Source: a virus
DNA length: 64,000 nt
Strand: one strand, 5' to 3'
IMG/VR virus record: IMGVR_UViG_3300016471_001099
Location: 1-64,000 of that record
The position numbers and the translations under genes were made by a program. This document shows, piece after piece, positions 39,713-51,000 of the stretch (the stretch's first letter is position 1; each line of letters starts with the position of its first letter). The notes under the pieces are model-generated. The model was not told the origin of the DNA and made no database searches. It saw only the letters and a program-made list of their open reading frames with translations.

Positions 39713-41935
39713 ATGGCTTGGAACTCTCGCTCCAACAAGGGCATAAATAGCGACAGGGCGAAGACGCTCAACCCCGGCGCCCCGGTCGCTTACAACCCGT
39801 CTCAGGTCGGCAAGCCCTACAGGGACTCGTGGGACATAGAGCGGGCGTATCGGGAGGGATTCCAAAAAGTAACTTGGGTGAATCGCTGCATCGATGCGAT
39901 TGCCGGCAATCAATCGCGCCTACCGATAGTTCTGCGCGAGGACAACAGTCCTTCGGGTCGGATAGTAAAGAAGTCCGATAGAAAAATTTTGGATATTTTC
40001 AACACCAAGACGAACATGGGCGAAAACTCGTTCGTCTTCAGGTACAGGCTCTCCTCGCAATTGTTGATGTCTTCGCGCGGCGCCTTCGTAGAAAAAATCA
40101 GGGGACGAGACGGCGAGTTGATCGCCCTGCAGCTTTTGCCGCCCCAGCACACCGCTCCGATACCGGATCCGAAAAAGTTCGTTTCTGGTTTCGAAGTCGA
40201 TATGCGAAACGGAACCAAAGTGGTTCTCAAGCCCGAAGACGTCGTGTGGATCAGAAAACCGCATCCGCTGGACCCGTATCTTTCGCTGACCCCGATGGAG
40301 TCGGCCGGCATCGCCATAGAAATAGAAAACCTGTCCAAGCTGTACAACAGAAATTTCCTCCTAAACGACGGTCGCCCCGGCGGTCTTTTGGTCGTAAGGG
40401 GAGAAATAGACGACGACGACAAGGACGAATTGCGTAGTAGGTTTCGCGGAAACGTCAATAGAGCCGGTGCGGTGACTGTTCTCTCTTCCGACGAAGGAGT
40501 CGATTTCGTCGACACCGGCCAAAGCCCGAGAGACGCCAATTACGTGCAGATGCGTCAAATCCAGAAGGAAGAAATACTCGCGGCTTTCGGAGTTCCGGAG
40601 TCGGTGATCGGAAACGCCGCCGGAAGAACTTTCGCCAATGCCGCCGAAGAACACAAGGTTTTCTGGAACGAGACGATGCTTCCGCACCTGGAGACGATCG
40701 CAAGGGCGCTCGACGAACTCGACGAGGAGTACTACATAGACTTCGACGTCACCGACGTCCCGGTTCTCGTTTTGTACAAGCAGGAGCGAGACAGGTACCT
40801 TATGAGCGAGTATCAAACCGGCCTAATAAGCGGCAACGAGTACAGGGAGGGAGCGGGTCGCAAGGTAATCGATTCGGAGTTGATGAACGCGATGCTCGCC
40901 AATCCGAACCTCACGCCGATCGGATACACGAACAAGAAATTCGTCCAGCAACAAATGGGCGCTCCGGGAATGCCCGGCGCGGTGCCACCCGCCGGAGCAC
41001 CCGGCGGTCCGATGATTCCCGGAATGGGAGCCGTTCCTGCCGTCCCCGGGGCACCCGCCGTCGAGGGCGTGGCGCCGACGGCGCCGCAGGAAGGCATGAC
41101 GGCGGCCATCCAAGCCGAGGAAGTGGCGGCCGCGCAAGCCGGCCAAATGTCGCAGGCCTCGGCTTTCGGAAATCAAATAACGACCAAATCGCTCAGGGAC
41201 GACTGGGACGAAAAAGCCGAAGGATCGCTCGATAGATGGGTGGAGATACTCGACTCGGCGCTGGAGCGATTCGTGGAGCGTCAGCAGAGAGTGATCCTCG
41301 AGAAGGCGGCCGGATCCAAGTCGCGCAAGGCTCTCGAGGCTGGGAACTTGGACTACGAAAACATATTCGATCAAAGAGTTTGGGACAAGCAATTGGCGGA
41401 AGACATGAGGCCCATACTCAGCGGAATCATGAACGACGCGGCGACGATAGTTTCGCAGGAAGTCGGCATGCAGGCGGAAATAGACGAGAAAGAATCGGCG
41501 GAGCACCTCAAGGAGCAAATCGAGAGGTTCCAGCAAGTCAACGCGACTACGGCCAAGGAAATACAGGGTGCGGTTTTGATATCCATGTCCCTCGGCGACG
41601 GAGAGGACAAGATGGGAATGTTGAAGGCGGCCCTTCTCGCCATATTCGTGAATCTTCTGGCGAAGCGAAAGAGGGTCATCGCCGAGCACGAGTCGCATGC
41701 GGCGTTCAATGCCGGGTCTTTCTACGCCGGCAGATCGGTCGGAGCCGCCACCAAAACGTGGGTTTCGGAGAAGGACGCAAAGGTGAGGCCGGAGCACGCT
41801 TCGCTCCACGGCGATACCGTTTCCATGTACGAGCCGTTCGTCGTCGGCGGACAGACCATCATGTACCCGGGCGATCCGACGGCCCCGATAAACCTGACGA
41901 TGAACTGCCGTTGCAAGGTGAGATTCGGTTTTTAA
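39713..41935 (+). CDS. HK97-family portal fused to a C-terminal MuF-like domain
   Basis: WVNRCIDAIA, NFLLNDGRPGG, ILAAFGVP; P/G/A/M-rich linker; then KTWVSEKDAKVRPEH.SLHG...NCRC. Confidence 0.9.
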   Translation: MAWNSRSNKGINSDRAKTLNPGAPVAYNPSQVGKPYRDSWDIERAYREGFQKVTWVNRCIDAIAGNQSRLPIVLREDNSPSGRIVKKSDRKILDIFNTKTNMGENSFVFRYRLSSQLLMSSRGAFVEKIRGRDGELIALQLLPPQHTAPIPDPKKFVSGFEVDMRNGTKVVLKPEDVVWIRKPHPLDPYLSLTPMESAGIAIEIENLSKLYNRNFLLNDGRPGGLLVVRGEIDDDDKDELRSRFRGNVNRAGAVTVLSSDEGVDFVDTGQSPRDANYVQMRQIQKEEILAAFGVPESVIGNAAGRTFANAAEEHKVFWNETMLPHLETIARALDELDEEYYIDFDVTDVPVLVLYKQERDRYLMSEYQTGLISGNEYREGAGRKVIDSELMNAMLANPNLTPIGYTNKKFVQQQMGAPGMPGAVPPAGAPGGPMIPGMGAVPAVPGAPAVEGVAPTAPQEGMTAAIQAEEVAAAQAGQMSQASAFGNQITTKSLRDDWDEKAEGSLDRWVEILDSALERFVERQQRVILEKAAGSKSRKALEAGNLDYENIFDQRVWDKQLAEDMRPILSGIMNDAATIVSQEVGMQAEIDEKESAEHLKEQIERFQQVNATTAKEIQGAVLISMSLGDGEDKMGMLKAALLAIFVNLLAKRKRVIAEHESHAAFNAGSFYAGRSVGAATKTWVSEKDAKVRPEHASLHGDTVSMYEPFVVGGQTIMYPGDPTAPINLTMNCRCKVRFGF

Positions 41936-42016
41936 AGATCGATAGATCGGTTTATTAAAACGAATATTAAAACCTTACGCTCATAATCGCCGTAGTCGTT
42001 TATTATGTAGCCAGAC

Positions 42017-45000
42017 ATGACGAACGAACAAGTTTCTCAGGAAGCCGACTACCTCTACAAGTCTTTGAACGCTCAGTTCAACATAGACGAAGCGCAGGGG
42101 ATAGTAGAGGCGTTCGTCGCAGGCATAGGAAACAAGGACTCCGTCGGAGACATATGTCTACCTGGTTGTTTCACGTCGTCGTTGAAGCGCAGAAAACCGA
42201 GAGTGGTTTGGGGTCACGACTGGAACTCCCCGATCGGAAAAGTTCTGGAAATTTACGAGGTGGGCCCCAACGATCCGCGTCTTCCGGCGAAGATGCGCAA
42301 GGCGGGGATAGGCGGGCTCTACGCGCGGGTTCAGTTCAACCTGAAGGCGGAAAAAGGCAAGGAAGCGTTCGCAAACGTGTCGTTCTTCGGAATGGAACAA
42401 GAGTGGTCCATAGGTTACAAAACTCTGGACGCCGTGTTCGATCCGGTTCAGACCGCAAACCTGCTGAAAGAAGTCGAGCTGTACGAAGTGTCGCCCGTTC
42501 TTCACGGCGCCAACCAATTGACGGGGACGATTTCCATAAAGGCCGATTCGGTTGAGGCCGAGACCAAGGAGAAGGCAGCCAGCAAGCCGGTTCTTCGCGA
42601 TCCGAAGGGCGGGTTGACGGCGGCTGGAAGAGCGCACTTCAAGCGAACCGAAGGCGCGAATCTCAAGCCAGGCGTGAAGGGTCCGGCCGACACTCCAGAA
42701 AAAATGCGAAGGAAGGGTTCGTTCCTGACTCGTTTCTTCACCAACCCCAGCGGTCCGATGAAGAAACCGAACGGGGAGCCGACGAGACTCGCCCTTTCCG
42801 CCGCGGCTTGGGGGGAGCCCGTTCCCAAGGACGCGTCCGACGCGGCGAAGTTGGCCGCCAAGGGAAGAAGATTGTTGGAGCGGTACGAAAATACCAAGAA
42901 AAAGAAAAAGGACGATTCCGACTCGGTTGAGAGCAAGAACCACGTCGCGGCGATATACGCGGCGATGACTTCTCCGCAAAACGAAGTTTTCGGTAGGGCT
43001 TCGCAGCTGACCAGGGCGCTGGCAACGAGATTCGGAGGGCCGGTCAGACTCGTCACGGCCGACAACGACATAGCCGTTTTCGAGATGGGCGCCGGCGACT
43101 CGACGGAGACGATGCGCGTCGCGTATCACTACGACGGAGACGAATTCATGTTCGGGACGGCACAAAAAGTCAAACCCGAAACCGTGTACATACCGGTCAA
43201 CGACTCCAACGCCGGGCAAATTCAAAACGGCGTGGCGATGGGCATATCGGCGGTCGAGGACAAGCCGGGATCGCATTGTTGTCCGGGTTGCGCGCACGGA
43301 GGCAACTGCGACGCCACCGTCGCGTTGGGGAACAATGAAAATCCGAAGATCGCGTTCCTGAAGCTCAAGTCGCTCGGCGATCAATTGGACTTCAAGGTCG
43401 TTCCGGTCGACGGAGGATTTGTCCTTCAGGGTTTTGGATTCCTCACCGAGGAAGCACAAAATTACGTCATCGGCAAAATAGAGAACGAACCGGAACAGAA
43501 GTTGCTGAATCCCGTCGGTAGTCTCGCCAGGAGGACGATAGGCGTTCCCAACGCCAGGGCATCGTTCAACATCGATACCAACCCATTCACGGCCAGAGAC
43601 GCGGACTTGGACAAATTGGTCCTCGAGGGAAACCCGCTCGTCAACCTGGGAAGAGGAATTCCCGACCCGACGCCTTTCGGGGCGCCCGACATCCCCGCCG
43701 TTGGGAAACCTGGCGTTCCCGAGCGTTACGTTCCTAACGTGGGCGGAAGAAGACCGATCGCTCCGAGAATGCCGGCGGTTCCCGAGCCTGACGAAATTCC
43801 GGAGCCGGCGAGGGAACCCAATAAGCAACCGAAGCCGGAAAGAACTCCGGTTACTCCGAGAAGGCCGAACAGAGAACCGGTCCCGGCTCCGGCTCCTCCG
43901 GAGAGAGAACCGGTTACCGAACCATCCGTGCCGCAACCCGAAAGAGAACCGGTCCCGGTTCCGAGAAGACCCGAAAGGGAGCCAACGAGGCCTACCGTAC
44001 CCGTTCCGCCGAGAAGACCCGTTCCGGTTGGAAGGGCGAGCAACGAGGACTTCGCAATAGCGGCGATGGGCGGAGGAAGGAGAACTCCGAAAGAACTGGC
44101 CGACGAGTTGGCCCAATTGGATTCGTCCGATCGTCCCAGCAGGCAAACGAGACAGCGCCGCGTCAGGGACGCCGGAATAGATCAAATGCGAAGGTTGGCG
44201 CTCCTTGACGACGCCGAAGCCGGAATGAGCGGACCCTACGGCGAAGGCAGAAAGTACGAAGAAATCGACAGTCTGATAGAGAGCCCCGCGCTCGACGGAG
44301 ATCGAACTCTGCACCTAGACCCAAGCACAGGAAAAATTTACGTCGCCGATCCGATCGAGAGAGAATACCTCTCGTCTAGGTTCGGAAACGATTATTTCCT
44401 GGAAAACGCCTACATGGACGAATGGGACTGGGATGAAATAGACAACGTCGGCTACGACGACATGGGCAACCTCGTAAGAAGGAGTCCGACCGGAGACGAA
44501 ATCATATTCAGCAGGGAACAATTTGGTTCGACCGGAACCGACGCCGGAATGGCGTCTCGCAAGACCTCCAGGAGCGAATCGGCCGATCTCGGAAGAAAGA
44601 TATGGCTGGAAAGAACGCACGACAGAATTTCGCTCGAGGAAGCCGGTAGGCGGAACGGGATAACGAGACAAGAGGCCAGGCAATTGGAGCTTCGTCACCA
44701 AAAATACTTGAGGGATCTCGGCGTCGATCATCCCAACAGAGTTCTTCGTTCGAAGGTGGACGACCCTTCGGTCGGGTTGACCGATGCGGAAAAGGATTTA
44801 TTGCGCAGGAGGCTCGACGGAGAATTGCTCCAGGAGGCCGCCGACCGTCTTCGTACGGACAGATACGCCGTCAGGCGAATGGAGCAACTTGCTCTCGCAA
44901 AAATGAGGAACGGAATGGCTGGGGACGAAACTTCGGCAGGTATGGCCGCTCGTTCCGGGGGCAGGGCGGTAGAAGCCGACCGCCCAAAAGCCCGACGGGC

Positions 45001-48000
45001 CAAAGGGCCCGTAAGCCGAAGAAAAAGAAACGCGGTTGATCCGACCTTTCTCCAAATACTCGATTCGCTGAAGGACAGCGGACCGACGAACATCACGAGC
45101 AGACAAAGAATACGGTTGGCGTCGATGATGCGCCTTCGCACGGCGATCCAAAACAAAATAAATTACATGTTGGCCACCGACGCAAGAAAGAGAAGATTGT
45201 CGAATCTCGGTCCGGAAATAGAGGACCTGAATAAAGGAATACGCGGACCATTCGAATCCCTGGCGGAGGCGGCCAGGCTCGCAACCGGTCGACCGTCGGA
45301 CCTCGTTTCTTCGGTCATGAAGACGGCCAACGGGGATCACGATCCGCTCGATCTGGACGGATCGATAAACGTTCAGGTGTTCGAAGCAATGCTGTCCACG
45401 GGTGGTGACGTGGCCGCCGTGGCGCGCACCATGGGAATGGACGAGGAAGTCGTAAAGATCAGGACAAATGCCCATGCCATGAGAGTTCTAGCTTCGTCGC
45501 GACCGGCGAAGATGAGAATTCACAGGCGAATCGAGGAGATGGGCGACAAACTTACTTCCAAAGAAAAAATCATGTTGCGAATGTGGATAAACGGAGCATC
45601 GAATCTAGACATCGCCGAAAAATTAGGTTCTGGAATGGACGAAAAATCCGTCATATCGTCCAGGTCGGCGGCCTTGAAAAAGATAGGAATAGACGTCGAT
45701 TCACCCGAACTGACCAGCAAGATAGTCAGCGGAAGAATTTTCTACGACGAGCACGGTTTGTTCTTCGGCCTCACCGACGAAGCCGGAAGAACTACGTACA
45801 ACAGAATCGGCGACGGTCCGTCGGCGGGAATGGCGAAAAGATCGACGAGCGTCGTCGAGGCGGATTTCGGCGACGGAAGAAGGGAATACGCGGTATCCAG
45901 GGTCGTAGCCAGGGACAGGTCCTCGGGAAACGAAGAGTCGGTCATGCTGATGCCATTGAGGGGCGACGACGAAACGACCGTTTCCGCCTTGGTTGGCAAG
46001 GCGTTGCTCGGCGACGACTCGCGAGGATTCAATCTCGAATTCCCCGCGACTTTGACGAAGTCCGGCGGCCGAATAGTCGCCGTTTCCGACGGAAGAGGCA
46101 AGGCGGTTCCGTATTACGGGGAAAGAGCGTTCGATCCGGGCGAGCCGGTGGTGATGGACGGTCCGTTGCGTTCCGCCAGGGCGAGGGCCAGAAAAATATC
46201 GGCGCTAAGGGAGAACGATACCGCTTCTCGAATAAAAACAGGTCAAGACGTGATCGGATCGGAGGCGAGATATTCAAATCTCGTCAAAGCCATGGACCGC
46301 TTGGTTTCCACCGGTGACTGGATAGGCGGGGATCTTGGCGTAACAGGAAGGGTTCCCGACGCCGACACGATGCTCAGGTACGGAATAGACGCCGACGTTG
46401 ACGGAAGTCCGATCGTTCCGTCCAACTCCAGCAGGGAGCAATTCGTGCTTCGCCAGGCCGAGTGGTTCCTGGAGAGGAATCCGAACGCCACCGCCGAAGA
46501 ACTCGATTCTTTCGTCGAGCAAGCGAACGAGGCAAGAATCAATCAAATAAGCAGGAAGATCGATTTGGCCGGAAAGGAACTTGCGAGAGTCACCCACGCG
46601 AGGGACTCGATGGAGGCGAGAAGGGCGCAAAACGTCGTGGATCTCGAAACCTTGGATCCCGAGATTGCGAGAGCACTTTCCGCGGAAACGGCCTTCATTT
46701 CCGGCTTGTCGGGAACGGAAATGGATTCCTCCGGGATTTCGCAAGGGGCGGACGGCTTCGTTTACGCGGTCCACAAAGGACCGGACAGACTCGCAGGAGG
46801 AGTACTCGATCCTTCTCGTTCCGTCGGTAGGGCCAGGAATGCGATCGACGTCGCCGGTCAGGGGGATACGAGGGGAGCCAACAGGATATACGTCGACCGT
46901 TTCGTCCAGTCCGCCAACGCCGAGTCGGAGATGGCGAAATTAGCCGACGATCTTTTGGCGTCGGTTTCAAGAGGGGACCGATCGATATCGGTCGCTCCGG
47001 CGATTCGAGCATCTCTAGCTTCGTATTCGCCGCTGATGGCGAGAGTGATGAACGGAGAAGGATACTTCAATTTGGAGAATTTCGACGAGGCAAGAAGATC
47101 CGCGATCGCCCTCGAAATAGGGAAATTCGCGTCGTTGCGGAAAGAACGATCCGAACGCTACGGAAAAATAATGGAGTCGTTGCGCAAGCACGGCGGGAAG
47201 AACATGGACCAGATTCTTTCGGCCGAGGCGGATCCCATATCCGCCCTGCTCTCCACGAATTTTTACGGTAGGTACGCCGACGACGACCTTCCCGAGGACG
47301 TCGTCGCGTTCAAACCGGGTTTCGTGGACAATTTGACTCGTCGTTGGGACCCGCTCGACGAGGAGATGTTGCGACGCTGGGACTCGACCGGATCCCTCAG
47401 GGGTGGCGCATTTTTGACCGTCGGCAGGGAGGATTCCGAAATAGTGAGGGGCGGTCTTCTCGGGCCGACTTCCGAGGCCCAGATAGTCGCCCCGCTCAAG
47501 CCGCTGATAGGTGTTTCCACACCGGTTTCCGTCCTGAGCGACGACAGCGAATCTCGCGCGCTCGTGTCGGCTCTCGGGCCGGCGATAGTTGCGAGAGCCA
47601 TAAAAATGCACAAGCGCGACGGTTTTGTGGACGTTGAAACCGTGCTGACCGACCCCGACTTGGCTCCGTCAGGATTCTCGTACGCCGAAACAGAAGCGGA
47701 GGCCGGAATGGCCGCGTTCGAGCCGCGAAGACCCATACTCGACGAGCGCGGAAGACTCGACCCGGTGCTCACTCGCGACGAGGCGATAGCCGACGACAGG
47801 GACGAAAGGGCAAGCGAAGGAGGCCAGATAGGTCGTCTTCTCGTTCCCCAATCTTCTTCCGTTTTCGTCGAGGCTCCGCCGAACGACCTGACGCCGGAAA
47901 CGAGAAGGGCTCAGTGGGCGGTCGGGTACACGGATTCGGTAGCAGACGTCATGCCGGAGCTCGGATATCCGCAAAGAATGGTTCACGTGGTTTCGCCGTC

Positions 48001-51000
48001 GGCATTGCCGCCCGACAACACCAAATTCCCGGTAGGCGACGAAGGGCAATTGCTTATGCTCGATCAGGAGCCGATAGATTTTCTCGCTCAGGCGTTGAAC
48101 GACGTAAACGGTTTGACGCGTGCCGAAAAAGAGGCGCAAAGAGAGGCGCTGGGCGACAGGGGATTCGATACGGAAGCCGACCCCGACTCGGACTTCACCC
48201 CGATCGAAAGATCACCCATTTATCTAGTAGTGGAAACCGTGAACGAACCCGACCTGCAGGGTCCGGGATACGACGGACGAAGAAGAACGAGAATCGTTCG
48301 CGTTCGCGAGATACCGAGAATGAGATTGTCCATGAGGGCCGACGACGATCAGCCCGGCGGAGGCCCGTATTGGAGAAGCCTGGATGCAGAGGCAGTGGCA
48401 CGGGGAGAGCCCGGGCGAACGACGACGGAAGGTCTCGGATTCTTGGATCTTTTGATAGACGTGGATCCAAATTGGGACGGAGATTTGGTTGACGACACGA
48501 GGGTCGTGCGCGTGAAGCCGGAAAACATCGTCGGCAGAATAGTTTCGGAATCGGAGCTCTGGAATACTTCCAGAATAACCAGGGAAATTTATTTAGGTGA
48601 AGGGGCGCGCACGGCTACGTACCGAAGACCGATCAGTCGTTTCGGGGACGAAACCGAGGCCGGCATGACGACCACGAAGAGAGGAATGGATCTCGTCGCA
48701 AGGACAAATAAATACCGCCCGAGCGAGGACGGAGAATACGTCATACCGGAATCCGTCATGCCCCGCAGGGATCAGGACAGGATGTTCGAGATCGCGCGGA
48801 CGATATCGTCCGGCGAATTCGATCCCCTTGACTGGAGGACCGAGGGAGAACTTGCGGCCCTACTGGAAAAAGCCGAAAACGTATTCCCGATCAAACCGAC
48901 TAGGCGCCATCCGCATCACGACGACGAGAGACTCGGTCGCCTGTACGACGTCACGAGAGCCAGGAACGGCTTCGTGTACCCGCTATACCGAAATAGGGAA
49001 GCGACGATGAACTTCAATTTCGGACAGCTTCTGAGTTTCGATCCGAATACTTCTGTCTACTCCTATTTGGATGGCGTGAATCCGGAGGTTTATTACTTCC
49101 CGGTGCGCATAGGCAGAACGACGTACGGCGCCGACGACTTTTCGTATCACCCTGCCTCGAGAATCGGATACGTCAGATTGATGCAAGACAAAAAAGGTCA
49201 TTACTACGAGATGAGGAAATGGAACCATCCGAACAATTCGGATCCGAATTCGTACGGATCGGCAATAAATTGGACCGACGACGGCGATTCTTTCAAACTA
49301 ATCGAGGAGGAAGGAAAATTCCATCTTTCTCGCAATAAAACCCTGGACGATCGTCTCGGTTTTCTGGGGGATTCGCCGCAAAAAATTCTTGCAGAAATAG
49401 CCAGGAGGGCCCCCACTTACCCCTCTGGGGAAACCTCATTCTGGGATTTGGCGATGAGGGAAACTCCATCCTTCGACGGAGACGGATATCCGACGAGACG
49501 CAGAACCGGTTACGCGGAACTTCCGGGGACTCCGACGGTGACCGAATCCACCGACATGAACGGCTTGCGACTGTTGATCGACGCCGCCAACAGGGACGGG
49601 GTCGGATTGAAACTTTCCGTCGTAGCGGGATTCAGGCCGGGAGAAAAATCGTATTCGAGGGTGACGGACAGCGAAGTGTTCATGCCCAGATTGGCCAGAG
49701 GAGAAATCGATCCGACGACGAGGGAATTCGTATCCGATCCGGACGGGATGGATCATTTGATCGGTTTTGATTCGTCCGGAACTGCGATTGCGCACGAACT
49801 GTCCGAAGTTTTGATGAATAACGAAACGAATCCCTCGTCGCCGAGGAGGTCCGTTGATCACTTCCCTGATTACGAAGACGGCGTAACGGAAGCCGGAATG
49901 TCGGCACCGATAGACAGATACGTCAGGACGACCGAGCCGACCAGGGACGACGAAGGAACTTCCGAGGGACGTCGCGAGGTTCAGATAGTCGATCTTCCGT
50001 CTACCCAATCGGCTAGGAACGGAGGAAATTACGACGACAGCCCCGCCTCGGTGATCGCGGCCGCCGTCGACAAAGTCAGGGCCATGGATTCGGACGCGGG
50101 AGCGGATTTCAACGACGAAAAACACGGACTTACTTTCTCGTACCCGAGCAGCATTAAGGGCACTACCGGGAAAAAGGAACTACGCAATAGAACCCTGATA
50201 AATCCGATAGTCGTTTACGGAGAGTACGACCCGGAGACGAACGAAACCTACATCCTCGCCACGGACGAGACCGGGGTTACGAGGCTCGTTCCGATGTCCA
50301 AAGTCGATTTGAAGGCGATGGTGGCCGGAGATCCGAACGCTGGCGACCATTCCGGAAATCCGGACGTTCAGGACGGAACCTATGCCACGTACGTCGTGGG
50401 CGAAGAAATCGTCGGCGGAAAAACGCAAACCAGAATATTCAATACCGAAAGAATGAAGCCCGTCCTAGGTTCTCCGAGGACGACCAGCGTCGTCGACGAC
50501 CAAGGTGCTCCGACGGGTCGGAGCGAAAGGATCGTTACGCAACCTCGCCCCACAACCACGGACGCGGAATCCGCACCGAGCATAGAAGCCAGCGATTCGG
50601 ACGATCCGTTCTTTTTGCAACACATGGAGCCACCGAGACCCCAGGCTTTCAACGCACAAACGACCATGCCAGTTGGGGATGGGGATGTGCAACTATTCCC
50701 AGGAACCGATAAGCCGACGGCATGGGAGGTGGCGAAAGGATTGGCGGCCGGTGATCCAAAGGCCATACTCGCTCGCAAGGCGGACGAAATGATGCTGTGG
50801 GACAAGATACGAAAAGGGATGCAAAAGTGGTTGAAACCGTGGGGTAAGCACGAATCAAAAATAATAAAGGACGAATCCGGTGCGCCAGTGATAAACCCGG
50901 CGAACGGATTGCCGTTTTATAGGAGCCCCTATAGAAAACCGTGGACTCCGTGGGGAAATCCGCTAGACGAAAACGGAAAAGAACTTTCCGATGGAATTCG

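Noticed and set aside
39593-39913. 106-aa minus-strand ORF between terminase and portal as small terminase
   Set aside because: It is antisense to the TM gene and the portal start, and has no TerS-like features.
42158-44314. Long antisense or alternate-frame ORFs (e.g. 42158..44314 -, 18504..20075 +, 5083..6201 +, 40823..41809 -)
   Set aside because: They shadow well-supported genes, have low-complexity R/S/V-rich translations and carry no motifs.
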